Positions 36,730-49,527 of a DNA stretch of 64,000 nt are shown here, in pieces. The translations under genes were made by a program, and so were the position numbers. The notes beneath the pieces were generated by a model. The model saw only the letters and a program-made list of their open reading frames with translations. It had not been told where the DNA came from and ran no database searches. The stretch is from Octopus vulgaris (lineage: Eukaryota): NCBI GenBank assembly GCA_951406725.2, contig OX597818.1:29078001-29142000 (forward strand), written 5' to 3'. Numbering within the stretch: position 1 is the first letter of the stretch; every line of letters begins with the position of its first letter.

Positions 36730-38465
36730 CACAGAAGATAATCAAACATATTGGGAATGACTAATTTAACATGATTTGGTTCAGAAGGAATAGAATGTTA
36801 CAAGTGGTTAGGTTTTGCTTTATATTTTTTTCAATGAGGTGAGTTTCCTTATTTAAAAATGTTAGAAATGGTTAAGTTTTGGCTTATATTTTTCAATGAA
36901 GAAGGTATCCTTATTTAATCTAACTTGTGTTGGAGTTCCAATGGTACATTGATAGAATGGAAAGATTATAAATTGTGGTAGTAGTTGCTTTGCACATTAC
37001 TCAATATGTTCACTAAAGGGTATCATTCTGTATTCTGGGAATGCAATCTGCTGTCAATGCAGAGTGCATCTGCATCTGAGTGATAATCCCGTGGACCCTA
37101 TGTAGTTTGGTGGCAGCCCAAGAATCTTATGGCATAAATCAGGTTTTCTGAAGCACAAGTAAAATTAGATTTGATTTTGAATTTTTGTCCCTCTTGAAGA
37201 GGAATTCTGATCCTTTTAGAAGGTTTGGGGCATGTTGTGCAATTTGGTCTACCACATTTCTTCACTTTTGCATCCGTTATTTTAGAAAATAATTTTGCCT
37301 TTGTGAGGATCTTTTTTAGTGATTTCAGTTGTTTGTAGCTTTTAATGATTTTATGTATATGTAAAATTTTCTTTAATTTAGGGTCCTTATGTAGCGTTGG
37401 TAAATTTTGGGTGATGATGGTGAAGGCTTCTTTGTTTCTGGGGTTGTATGTGGAAATGTACGGCAGTATTTTCGGTGAAGGTGTGTTGCTGTGTTGAACT
37501 TTTCTTAACGTTTCTATGTCGATTTGTGTTGCACGTCTGATTCCATCCTCTATGAGTTGAACTGGGTAGTGTCTGTCAATTAGGGTGTTTTTGAGTTCTT
37601 GCCATTTAAAGTTTCTGGTATTTTGTTCTGACACTATTGTGCATATCCTTCTTGCAAGGTTGAATGGGATGTTTGTTTTGGTGTCTTGGGTGGCATGAAT
37701 CAAAAAATAGATATTGTCTGGCGTCTGTGGTTTTGTAAAATATGTCCATTTCTGTTTTTAGGTTTATTTTTTTAATTAGTATATCTAAGAATGGAAGCTC
37801 CTTTTGGTTGTACTCCATTGTGAACTGTATGTTTGGGTTGACGCCGTTCAATAGGCTTTTGAATTTTAGGAGTTTTTCTTTGTTTTCATTCTATATTATG
37901 AAACAGTCATCTAGGAAACTTTTCCAATTTTCTTTTATGTATTGGGAAAAGGGTTTCCAAAGGTAGATAAAGATTCCTGGCATATTATTACCTCCAGGTA
38001 GCCCATTGTTAGGTTCGCAATGACTGGTGCTGCCCTAGTACCCATAACAATTCTGAATTTTTAATGGTAAAATGCATTGTCAATCATGACGTGGTTATTT
38101 TGTAGGATGAATTCAATCGATTTAGTTATGAATTCTTTACTGATCCTTTTTGGTATTTCTTCCGGAAATTGATCGAGCCAGAACTGAATTGCCTCTAGGC
38201 CATAATTATGAGGTATACTGGTATATAAATTAACTATATCAAATGAAACCATGATTGTTTCTTCCTTGACTTTTTTTGGAAGGTGATTTTAACATATCCA
38301 AGTCACCTCTGGTATGGCTATTGATGTGTTTAAGGAGGATGACTATAAATAGATTTAGTCTGAGTGATTCACAGGCTGGGCCAGCTACAATTGGTTGTAG
38401 TTTTATGTCCCCTGGGTTTGGTATATGTATGTACGTCTTTGGTGATTTTTTAATGGTTTCATTTA
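36730..38465 (-). mobile_element. Penelope-like element (RT + GIY-YIG), 5'-truncated, frameshifted
   Basis: MVSFDIVNLYTSIPH, MGTRAAPVIANLTMGYLE, FLDDCF, ELPFLDI, YKTTD..YLFFDSCHP, KCGRPNCTTC, NFTCASENLIYAI..YIGSTG. Confidence 0.92.
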
Positions 38466-38501
38466 GAAATTTGAAAAGAAAATATGAAACCGGTTATTTC
38501 T
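38465..38501 (+). ncRNA. Minimal type I hammerhead motif, U3-A8 core variant, at the 5' truncation point of a PLE
   Basis: AGAAAU-UUGAAAA-GAAAAUAU-GAAA-CCGG-UU-AUUUCU; 6-bp stem I, palindromic CCGG stem III, rudimentary stem II. Confidence 0.55.
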
Positions 38502-38518
38502 CCAAAAATTATATTACT

Positions 38519-38928
38519 ATACTTTTTACTCTTTTACTTGTTTCAGTCATTTGACTGTGGCCATGCTGGAGCACCACCTTTAATCGAGCAAATCGACCCC
38601 GGGACTTATTCTTTTGTAAGCCCAGTACTTATTCTATCGGTCTCTTTTGCCAAACCGCTAAGTAACGGGGACATAAACACACCAGCATCGGTTGTCAAGC
38701 AATGCTAGGGGTACAAACACAGACAAACAAACACACACACGCATATATATATATATACATATATACGACGGGCTTCTTTCAGTTCCCGTCTACCAAATCC
38801 ACTCACAAGGCTTTGGTCGGCCCGAGGCTATAGTAGAAGACACTTGCCCAGGGTGCCACGCAGTGGGACTGAACCCGGAACCATGTGGTTGGTAAACAAG
38901 CTACTTACCACACAGCCACTCCTGCGCC
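38519..38928 (-). mobile_element. tRNA-derived SINE family A, full length
   Basis: Head GGCGCAGGAGTGGCTGTGTGGTAAG..GGTTCAGTCCC (A/B boxes), CORE-like GCACCCTGGGCAAGTG, tail GGTGCTCCAGCATGGCCACAGTCAAATGACTGAAAC. Confidence 0.9.
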
Positions 38929-39611
38929 TATACGCAAAGTTTTATAACATTTTTCTAACATAATGATTTTAATATATTCTTTAACCATATTACACAAGCC
39001 TTCTGTAGTTTTTTCCTCTTTTTTGTCTTTTATACATCCAACCATGTGCTTTCACATACCATCTCTCTCACCTATATATAATACATGTGAGACTGGTTTA
39101 TTCAGTTAGAAAACAAAAACCTAATGATGATGTAATTAGCAACTAGCACATTTTGTTTCTTAATTTCTGTTTGTTTTAATATTTAAATTCTTTATTTGAC
39201 TGTTATTTTCAGCCACAACTTAATTATTTTTGTTTATGAAATTCTCTGTACGTACTTTTTCTTTCTCAGCAATCAAAACAAATCAAAGCAAATTGATGAC
39301 TTCGTGCTGTAGCCATTTTTCTTCCTATGTGATTTAAAGCATTTTTTGATATGTGGCATTTCAAAATTAAAAATGAGTTCCAAACATGCTATTCAAGTTC
39401 GCTGAAACTTATCTCCTGCCACTCAAAACAACAACTCAAATGAGATAAAGAGTACACGCATCACAACAACAACAGCAAGTGTATATTTGTGTGTGTGTGT
39501 GTGTGAGTGTAGACTTACAATATATCCTATTGTTAAGAAAATTTTACACAATCATTCAATAAAACTAAAATGGATAAAGAGTACACACTTTATCTGCCTA
39601 AACAGTGCAAA

Positions 39612-39860
39612 GAGACCTGCTTCATAGTCAAGTCCCTGACGCCCCACTTTATTGAGACCACCATTGTTACGGGGAACGGGAGTGGAGAAATGTTTTCATT
39701 TCAAGGATGCACCTTTATCCCACGAGGTCAGACATACCGTTTAACATCTGCAGATTGCTATGTTCATCAACAAATCCCAAGGCTGAACACTATCAGTGGC
39801 GGTCATACATTTAGGAGAGCCATGCTTTTCACATGAGCAACTTTATGTGGCAGAACACGC
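39612..39860 (+). pseudogene. Helitron Pif1-like helicase C-terminal fragment
   Basis: IVKSLTPHFIETTIVTGNGSGE.. and AMFINKSQG*TLSVAVIHLGEPCFSHEQLYVA (helicase motifs V-VI). Confidence 0.85.
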
Positions 39861-39879
39861 AATGTCGTCTATAGCGACG

Positions 39880-42648
39880 GAGAAAGAACAAGAAGTCATC
39901 ACGATTTGTGGCCCGTTTGTGTTGGACACTTTGGTATTGGCAACATGAACGACAGTGGTAGAGACTACTTGAATTTTGCACATACCATAACCTGTGCATC
40001 ACCAACACATTCTTTGCCAACAAGACATCCCACAAGGCATCTTGGAGACATCCAAGATTTCACCACTGGCATCAGTTGGATCTCATCATAACATGAAGAT
40101 CCTTTCTAAATTCTGTTCAACTGACCCGTAGTTACCACAGCGCAGATTGTGACACAAATCATTCACTAATAAAAAGCAGGGTGAGGATTCTGCCTAAAAA
40201 TGTCCATCACTCCAAGAAAATGGGACGACCATGCATTAAAACTGCCAGAACCTCAGACCCTACACTGTGAAAATGTTTTGCTGTTTCTATCAAGGTTGCC
40301 CTCAGTAGCTACCCAACTTCCTATGCTGAAAATAGGTGGAATTATATCAGGGAAGCTTTGTATACCACATCAATAGATACTTTCAGCATGCGAGAAAGGC
40401 AAAACTCAGATTGGTTCAGATGGAACCAGTTATCGAAGCAAAGTGCACAGCTCTGATGCAATACAAGAGTGATTCTTCTACAAAGACACTCAAAGAACAC
40501 AGAAAGGCAAGAAATAAAACCCAACTGACTGCCAGATGCTGTGCAAATAGGTATTGGCAAGAAATGTGTCAGAGTATCCAGTCAGCTGCTGACAGTAGTG
40601 ACACCCGTGGGATGTATGCTGGTCAGAAGAAGGCCCTTGGTCCATTTGCAACCAAGTCAGACCCTCTGAAATCAACTACTGGAGATCTCATCAAGGACCA
40701 AAGCAAGAAAATGGATAGATGGGTGGAGTACTACCAGGATCTCTACTCACGGGAGACCAGAGTAGCTGAGGCTGCAATCGAGGGTGTCAAGATCTTGCCA
40801 GTCATGTGTGAACTTGACAGTCTGTCATCTATTGCAGAGCTCACCAAGGCTATTGACTCCCTAGCCAGTAACAAGGCTCTGGGAAAAGATGGCATCCACT
40901 CATAGATAGTCAAAGCTGGCAAAAACACCGTCCTGCTTCGGCACCTTCATGAGCTTCTGTGTCAGTGCTGGGAAGAGGGTACAGTCACTCAGGATATGCG
41001 GGATGGATGCTAACATCATTATGCTTTACAAAAACAAAGGTGACCGTGGTGATTGTAACAATTACTGTGGAATATCTCTTCTAAGCACTGTTGGAAAGAC
41101 CTTTGCTCACGTTATCCTGTTCAGGCTACAACTGCTTACTTCTCAAATTTATCCAGAATCACAGTGTGGTTTTAGAAGAAGCAGATCAACTATTGACATT
41201 ATATTCTCCATACGCCAACTTCAGGAGAAGTCCAGACAGCAGAAAATGCCATTATATATGGCCTTTATTGATCTGACAAAGGCCTTTGGCTTGGTTAGTA
41301 GAAAAGGCCTCTTCATCATGCTCCAAAAAGTTGGATGTCCACTAAAGCTGCTGAAGATCATCAAATCTTTCCATGATGATATGCAAGGCACCATACAGCA
41401 GAATGTTTCAACATCAGTCACCTTCCAAATAAAAAACGGGATAAAGCAAGGTTGTGTCCTTGCTTCTACATTATTTGGCATCTTCTTCTCGCTGCTGCTG
41501 TCACATGCCTTTGAGACATCAGATGATGGAGTGTTTCTGCACAGTGGAAGTGATGAGAAACCGTTCAATCTCTCGCGTCTGCATGCCAAGACCAAAATCA
41601 GAAGTGTCCTGATCAAGGCGATGCTATTTGCTGCTGCTGCTGCTCTGGTATCACACACAGAAGAAGCCTTGCAAAGGCTCATCAACTGTTTTGAGGAAGC
41701 ATGTAGTGACTTGGGCTTAGTTATCAGCCTCAAGAAGACCAACATCATGGGTCAGGCTACATCGGACATCCCAAACATACATATTGGAGACCACAGACTA
41801 CAGGAGGTGGAGAAGTTTGCCTATCTTGACTCTACCATCACCTACAACCTATCCCTTGATGCCGAGCTCAATATACGCATTGGCAAGGCAGCTGCTTGAT
41901 GGCCCAACTCTCCAAACGGGCATGGGACAACAATAAGCTGACCAAGACCACAAAAATAAAGATTTACCAGGCATGTGTACTTAGCATTCTACTGTATAGA
42001 AGTGAGACTTTGACGCCATACACACACCAAGAGCGTTGCCTAAATATCTTCCACCTGCGCTGCCTCCGGAAAATCCTTGGCATCAAATGGCAGAATCATA
42101 TCCCCAACAAAGATGTCCTCAAGCAAGCAGGAATACCAAGCATGTTTACACTCCTCACATAAAGACGCACGAGATGGCTTGGACATGTTAGCCATATGGA
42201 AGATGGCAGAATCCCCAAGGACATACTCTGCAGAGAGCTTGCTAAGTGCACTAGGTCTGTGGGAAGACCGTTCTTATGATACAAGGATGTTTGCAAAAGG
42301 GACATGAAGGCCTGCGACATCAATATTAGCAACTGGGAAGCAGTTGCCAGCAACTGTGGAGATTTGTGGCGTACCGTAAAAGAGGGAACACAAAGGAGTG
42401 ACAGAGGGAGAGAGGAGAAATGGAAAGACAAGAAAAGACATCAACAAGAAACTATGACATTACAACCAGCCAGGCAAAGTCTTCGCTACATTTGCGGCAC
42501 CTGCCAGAGGGAGTGTTTGTCCAGGATAGGACTACACAGCCACAGCAGGAGATGTATTAAGACATGAAATGTAAAAGCTGGACTAGATTATTTTATGCGC
42601 AACTCCATTGTCTCCCAAGACAAAAAGCATGCCAACAACAACAACAAT
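39880..42648 (+). mobile_element. RTE-BovB-like LINE (APE part, RT, C-terminal C2H2 finger, (CAA)n tail), degraded
   Basis: SWRHPRFHHWHQLD; LYKNKGDRGDCNNYCGISLLS; PESQCGFRRSRSTID; FIDLTKAF; GIKQGCVLASTLF; RLHAKTK; YICGTCQRECLSRIGLHSHSRRC; ends CCAACAACAACAACAA. Confidence 0.93.
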
Positions 42649-42825
42649 ATATATATATTTATATATACACTTCAAGACATATATATATGTATTGTGCCAT
42701 ACATATATATAAATAGATAGATAGATAGATAGATAGATATTTATGTATATATAATATATATAATTCAATACATATATATATTTGTATATATATACATGTA
42801 TATATATACTTCATATATATATATA

Positions 42826-43425
42826 TATGTGGATTACTGCTCACAGCTATGGTCACTCACCAGTGTGAAATTAACAGCAGACCTTGAAGCAATCCAGAGA
42901 AGATTCACAAAGAAGTTCATCTCTTTGCAACAGCTCAGCTACTGGGAAAGGTTGAAACAGCTAAGACTCTACACTCTGGAGAGAAGATGGGAGAGGTATG
43001 CAGTAATATATATCTGGAAGATCCTGGAAGGAATTGTGCCAAATTTTGGCATTGAAAGCTAAACCAATGCCAGAACGGGACGACACTGCATAGCGCCAAA
43101 GATCCCAGCAATGCCATCACACTTCAGGACCAGTTACTGCAACAGCCTGGGTTTCAAGGGCCCACAGCTTTTTAATATTCTCCTAAAGAGTCTGAGGAAC
43201 TTGCACAAAGTAGATGTAGGGGTTTTTAAATCAAAACAGGACCTCTTCCTAGCGAGAGTCCCAGATGAACCTACCTTACGGCAAGAGGTGCAAATGAGGG
43301 TAGCTATATCAAACTCCATTCTTCACCAAGTGCCACATATTAGAGGAGGTTCTTAGTAATAACAGTGTAGCAAAACAGCGGTGCATTAGCATGGCCGCAG
43401 CTCTGAGCTGAAACTAAAGAGAAAA
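42826..43425 (+). mobile_element. CR1-group LINE 3' fragment
   Basis: DYCSQLWS..LEAIQRRFTK..SYWERLKQLRLYTLERRWERY..GPQLFNIL..VPDEP; tail GGTGCATTAGCATGGCCGCAGCTCTGAGCTGAAAC. Confidence 0.88.
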
Positions 43426-43474
43426 AAATATATATATACATATATATATGTGTATATATATATGTATATATAAT

Positions 43475-44470
43475 CTTAGATAAACTTAGATATGTTTCGA
43501 CCAAAGATTGGTCCAGGCCATGTCTAACTTAATAGCACCACCTGATAGGATTATTCAAATCCTGTTTAAGTCAAGTTTTGTTTATGGTCCATTCAAGTAG
43601 TGAGTTTTTGTTGGGTGAGTTGTATCCAATTATGGATGGCTTATCTGGTATTCTTTGAAGGAATCTATCCAGACTCCGTTTAAAGTTGATGGGATCCATT
43701 TCCTCTTTGATCTCTTTTGGGACAATGTAAAATAGGGCAGGGCCTGTTGAGGAAAAGAAATTATGTTGCAGTGTACATGTATGCTGTGATCTTGAATTGG
43801 GCAGGGGACGTATAGCCCATGGTCCCAGTCTTGGATGAACCTTGAATCTAATGTTCAGGTCGTTTGGGCAAAGTTGGCGGTATATTCTCCACATCATACA
43901 AATGATGTACCGCTCACGGCGACGCTGGCGAGAGTAGAGTTTCAAGGCTTTAAGGCGATCCCAATAATCGAGAGCAGCCATGCCTTCAATACGTTTAGTG
44001 AGTGCCCTCTGGGGTGATTCAATCCTCAAGATGTTTTGTCTTGTATGGGGAGACCACAGTGGGCAGCAGTATTCGAGGTGTGGCCGTACAAAGGAGGAGA
44101 AAAGTGGTATGATGACACCTTGTTCTCTGGACCGGAAAGTTCTTAAGATCCAGGAACTCATCCTACGAGCTATATCGACCTTCATGTTGATGTGTGCACT
44201 CCAACTGAGAACGTCATCAACAATTACACCCAGGTCTCTGATATTGTTAGAGGCTGTGAGTGGTTCCCCTGAAGGAAGAGAGTATGGCTGTTTTAGTGAG
44301 GAATTTCTTCCAAAATGCATCAGCTCAAATTTTCCCTCGTTCAGTTGCATTTTGTTTCTGTCTGCCCATTGACTCACAGCATATAGATCAGACTGGAGTT
44401 GAGTTCGGTCTGCTTCTTCATTGACGATTTGCTGGAACTTAGTGTCATCAGCAAATATTTTCACTTTGCA
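43475..44470 (-). mobile_element. CR1-group LINE 3' ~1 kb, reading frame open to the stop at 43571
   Basis: [55 protein letters not shown]; 3' stem-loop GACCAATCTTTGGTC and TCTAAG-type tail. Confidence 0.92.
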
Positions 44471-44575
44471 GTAATGTATATATACACACACACATATATA
44501 TGTGTGTATATATACATACATACATATATATATATATATATGTATATCTGTCTATCCATATATATATATACACAC

Positions 44576-44611
<36 letters not shown>

Positions 44612-44615
<4 letters not shown>

Positions 44616-44950
44616 GTAAAGACCCCCTTCGGTCATAAATGACCATGGGATTGCACCTAGAAAGTTACCCTCCTAGACACAAGTCCGGGCACGGTTGTTT
44701 ATGGAAGACCAGCAGTCGCCCATGCATACCAGCCTCCCCTCTCCACGCCACCAGTGTTATCCAAGGGAAAGACAAAGGTCGATACAGCTTGGCACCAGTG
44801 ACGTCGCAACTCATTTCTACAGCTGAGTGAACTGGAGCAACGTGAAATAAAGTGCCTTGCTCAAGAACACAACACCCAGCCCGGTCCGGGATTCGAGCTC
44901 ACAACCTCACGATCGTAAGCTCGACGCTCTAACCACTGAGCCATGCGCCA
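44612..44950 (-). mobile_element. tRNA-derived SINE family C (Meta/Deu-like central domain)
   Basis: Minus strand GGCGCATGGCTCAGTGGTTAGAGCG..GAGCTCGAATCCC head, then GTGTTGTGTTCTTGAGCAAGGCACTTTAT. Confidence 0.85.
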
Positions 44951-45059
44951 TATATATATATATATATGATAATAATAATATTAGGGAATAAATCCAAACT
45001 TACAGGGAAAAATTAGATTTAGGATTAAATCCAACTTTATAGTATAAATATATTATTAT

Positions 45060-45198
45060 ATTATATTAAATTAGAGATAAAACCACTATTAAGCAAATCA
45101 AACAGTGAAAAACATAAGCCAATACATAAAATTAATTTAAAAATATAAAAGTTAAAAATTTAAAAAATTATTTAGATAATTTAAACTTATCAATTTAA

Positions 45199-45230
<32 letters not shown>

Positions 45231-45469
45231 GTAGGTATATCTTTATATCTATATATTATTTTATTTATTTATTTATTTTTTATTTATTTATTTATTTATT
45301 TATTGATTGATTTTTTATTTATTTATTTATTTTATTTTTTTAATTTTATTTTTTTTATAAATATCAAAAGTATTAAAAGTTTAATAAAAGATAAAGAGCA
45401 TTAATTAATTTTATGTATTGGCTTATGTTTTTCACTGATTTGCCTAATAGTGGTTTTATCTCTAATTTA

Positions 45470-45476
<7 letters not shown>
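45060..45476. repeat. Inverted repeat (~80-bp arms) of a dispersed AT-rich family
   Basis: TAAATTAGAGATAAAACCACTATT...ATAAAATTAAT mirrored at 45402-45476; related sequence at ~7065-7112 and ~34805. Confidence 0.8.
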
Positions 45477-45537
<61 letters not shown>

Positions 45538-45541
45538 CATA

Positions 45542-45602
<61 letters not shown>

Positions 45603-46009
45603 TTCAATACAGGTTATGAGAGGTAATGGTGTCAATAAGACCAAAAGGTGTCAGGTAATGCTGAGTAATTGCTATGGATAGACCATAGTTAAGCTCTAGG
45701 TTTGGTGATTATGCGAATAAGGCTTGGATTTTCATCTCATGCTGAAAAAAAAATTTATATACACATGCTGATGTGTAACCTATATTCGACTCCTTATTCG
45801 CACAATCACCAAACCAGGAGCTTAACTATGATCTGTCAATATACTTCATATATACATGCATGCATGTATGCATACATATATACATACATACATACATACA
45901 TAAATGAAATATATATATATACTTCAATACATTATGGCTAAAATTGGTCTTGGCCACTTAGTAGATCAATCTAAGCCATTTTTAAGTCGAGCTTTGTGGT
46001 ATCATGGCT

Positions 46010-47398
46010 TATTACCTCTGCCAAGTAAGGAGGTTATGTTTTCATCAGCGTTGGTTTGTCTGTCTGTCCCACTTTGTGCATAATAACTCAAAATGTTGTG
46101 AACAGTAGTTGATGAAACTTGCAGGAAAATTTAGTAATAACACAAGGAACAAATGATGAAATTTTGGTAGTGGTCCAGGAATTTTTACGGATTCTTGAAG
46201 GATTTTTCATTTGTTATATTTGCTTTACATGAAGTATTACAATGTTACGTTCTTTGATTATCTCTTTTGAAAACACGTTCATGTTTTCATGTTATCTATG
46301 GTTGTGTTTCTGTTTCCAAAGTTTATTTTTGTTTCTCTATTAGTAATTTTACTTACTTATCTATCTTACTAGAAACTGATGGATAAAGAGATGAAATTAC
46401 ATAAACAAATGGTAGCGAAACAATCTGCACTCGTCCATCTGTTGTTCATGAAATCAACAGGCTTCAACGTCTGAAACTTTACCTTCTGCTGCTCCCACAG
46501 TTACTCATGGATGACTGCAGATTAGACTGCTCAGTATCATGTCCTACTTTGAACATGAACAAAACTTGAAAGCGGACAACACTCTTCAAAATGTTGATGT
46601 GTTTTGATTCATGGAAATGTTCTTGAAGCAGAATCAACAAGTAGCATCCATCCTACCGCAGTTGAAGAGCAGACAGTCCTGCTGCACTGGGGTGTGGAGA
46701 TGGGGTGATGACTGTTGCAAAGCAGGAGATCACCCCCACAGATATACATTTGAATGTCAGTGGCTTAGAGTACACTGCTGTTGTGGTAACCATCTCATCA
46801 ACAAAAATCAGTATCATCACCATTTACAGATCTCCTTCCGTACCAGTTGCTCCTTTCCTCACCAGCCTGCATCATCTTATAAGATCTCTGCCAAGGAATC
46901 ATCTGACCATTGTCCTTGTTGATTTCAATGTGGATCTTCTTGATTCCCTTAACCATGAGATCTTGACAACTATGAACCAGTTTGGATTCGACCAACTAGT
47001 CCAAAAACCCACCACCGACTATGGAAGCCTGCTAGATCATGCTTACGTGAACCAGGATCAGCATCCACAAGTCACCATAACCAACTGTTAGTTTTCCCAC
47101 CATGACGTTGTGTGTGTATCACTTAAGTTTTAGTTAATTGTTGTTTCTTTTTAGTTGTATGGTGAAACTAGCTTGCTGTTGTCATTGATGTATTATAACT
47201 GCTTCAGATGATTCCTGTTTTTAGAAGGTTCTTTTCCTAAAATCATATGGCCGTGTTATTTTTTTTTTACCCCTGCCAAGGAGGTTATGTTTTTGCTGGC
47301 ATTGGTTTTGGAAATTCGGCAATTTTCAGCATGTGTGTATATGGGTGGAAATGAGCTGCTTGGTGGAGGTCTGCACTCTCCAAGTGCTTTTCTAGTTG
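46010..47398 (+). mobile_element. Helentron (Helitron2)-derived element carrying an APE endonuclease remnant
   Basis: Subterminal inverted repeats TTACCTCTGCCAAG / CTTGGTGGAGGT, GTCTGTCTGTC run, 3' hairpin GCACT-CTCCA-AGTGC then CTAGTT; internal IITIYRSP..IVLVDFNVDL..QLVQKPTTDYGSLLDHAY..SHHD. Confidence 0.8.
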
Positions 47399-47419
47399 AA
47401 ATAAGGAGTTGTTGACTGA

Positions 47420-49460
47420 GATGTATTTAAGTATTGGTGGCTTGTCTGGTATTCCTTGAAGAAAATTTGTCCAGATATTGTATGAAATTAATGAGATCTT
47501 TTCCTTTATAGATTTGTTTTGGACTAATGTTAAGTAGAAAAATGTGTTGCAATGTGTTTATGTGTTGTGAACCTGAATTGTGTAGGGAGTGACACATGGC
47601 ACTGGGTGCCATGTGTCACTCCCTACACAAGATGAATTCTGAATTTGATGGCAATGCTGGTGTTATATCCTCCATTGTTAGTGGTGTTGGAAAAATAAAG
47701 TTTAAGAAATTTGGAATGGTCCCAATAATCAAGATTAATCATACATTTTAATTTTTTTAGTAATTGCTCTATGGGTTTAAATTCATGTAATGTTTTATTT
47801 GGTATGGGAGACTATAAGGGGAAGTAGTTTTCTAGGTGTGGCTATACTAAACAAAAAAGAGGAATGATAACATTTAATGCCCTGGACCAGAAACTCTGAG
47901 GATGCAGGAGCTCATCCTGCAAGCTATATTGAATTTGTTATTGATATAAGTGCTTCTTGAAGGAAGTAGATAAAGTTGTTTGAGCACATTCTCTTTTCTA
48001 AAGTGCATGAGTTCAAATTCTCCATTTAACAGCTTGTTGTTTCTGTCTGTGACTTACAGCACACAAATCAAACTGGGTCTTCTTCTCCCCTGATAAGTTT
48101 TTGAAGCTTGGTGTCATCTCTGAATATTTTCATTTTGATGTACTTGATGACAGTTGTGATGTTATTTATACAGACTATGAAGCAAAGTGGACTCAGAATG
48201 TCCCCTCAAGGAACACCACTGGTGACTTGCTGTGCTCATGGATTCGATTGAACACCACTTGTTGGGTTCTGCTCGCTAGGAAATACTTGATCCAGTGCAT
48301 TCCAGTCTTGAAAAATTTTAGTATTAGGATGTTGTGGTTGACTCTATCAAAGGCTTTGCTGAAGTCAACATATATTACATCAGTATTGAAGCCTTCTTCC
48401 AAATCTTCATGGGTAAAGTGTTCTTATTGATGCTGACTGTGGATGTTGTTGGTGGTAGTATTTTAATTAGTTAATATTTTTATTATTAAATCTTTTGATT
48501 CTCCTGATGTGTGTTTTCTTTCTCCCTCTTGGGAGTCTGTTTCTGTCTGTGTATTGAGTTTTATCGGAGTGGTGTATTTTAAACATGTACAGGTTACAAT
48601 GTTCTCAAACCTTTATCAGGTTGTTGCTTCATTATCAGAGGATGTCTGTGAGTGAAAGACTAGTTAATAAATGGCAGATCTTGTCTAATTGCTCCTGTAT
48701 ATGCTTTATGAAAATTGATGTTATCAAATGGGAGCAGGGGTGAAAGAGTGACTAATTTCTTTTTTCTCATACTACTAAGATTGCAAAGTGCCATGTAATG
48801 GTCTGGTGTAAGAGTACTTTCAGCTGAAATGTTTTGTTTGGAGCTAGAGTGATTTCTTTATATCAAGTCCTAGATATTTTTGTTTTGTCTTGTTGTTGGT
48901 TTAAGTACAAGTGTGGGTAGGAAAAATTCATCCATTAAATTAAATAGCAATTCTGCTTCTGCTTTGTATGGTGTTGAGATGCAATTTCCTGGTTTCAGTG
49001 TACTTGTGGTCCAATTCACACAAGCAATATTAAAAAATCATCTATCATTGATTTGTTTCCAGAATTGTGGAAAGGACTTGATTTCATTGTGGCACTCTTC
49101 AAAGCCTTGCAGAAATGCCTGAGGAGTCCTATAAAGACAAATAATGATTATACTTTTAACTTTGTTGTATAATGACATAGATTGACAGTAGCCATTAGAA
49201 AATGTGTCATTGGCATCCATAGCAAAGGAATCATGGTGTAAAATAGTTTTTCCTCTTTTGTTTAGGCCAGTGTGATTTGCATGGATGATGATGAAATTTT
49301 TCATCTTGGCATCTATGTGGAAGTCATTTTGGAGGGTTTCAGTTGGAATAAATACTGGGGTGCAGTGTGTTATTTCAGCATTCCAACCTTCTATGTATGA
49401 AATCTTCCATTTTTAGCATTGAATTGTGGATGGATGCCTGATATATTAAGAATGGCAATA
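47420..49460 (-). mobile_element. Old CR1-group LINE, heavily degraded
   Basis: IICLYRTP (APE), DVIYVDFSKAFDRVNH (RT), 3' part resembling 43571-44470. Confidence 0.75.
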
Positions 49461-49464
49461 TATA

Positions 49465-49503
<39 letters not shown>

Positions 49504-49527
49504 AATATATGTATATATATTATTATT

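Noticed and set aside
43490-43535. Hammerhead-like stem + GAAAC on minus strand
   Set aside because: No NUGANNA core; explained as the 3' stem-loop of the CR1-group LINE.
44870-44950. tRNA gene
   Set aside because: A/B-box head continues directly into a SINE body; acceptor stem not intact. The same applies to the family A heads.
46705-47091. Host exonuclease-endonuclease-phosphatase gene
   Set aside because: Truncated, frameshifted, GDFN motif mutated and enclosed by Helentron termini.
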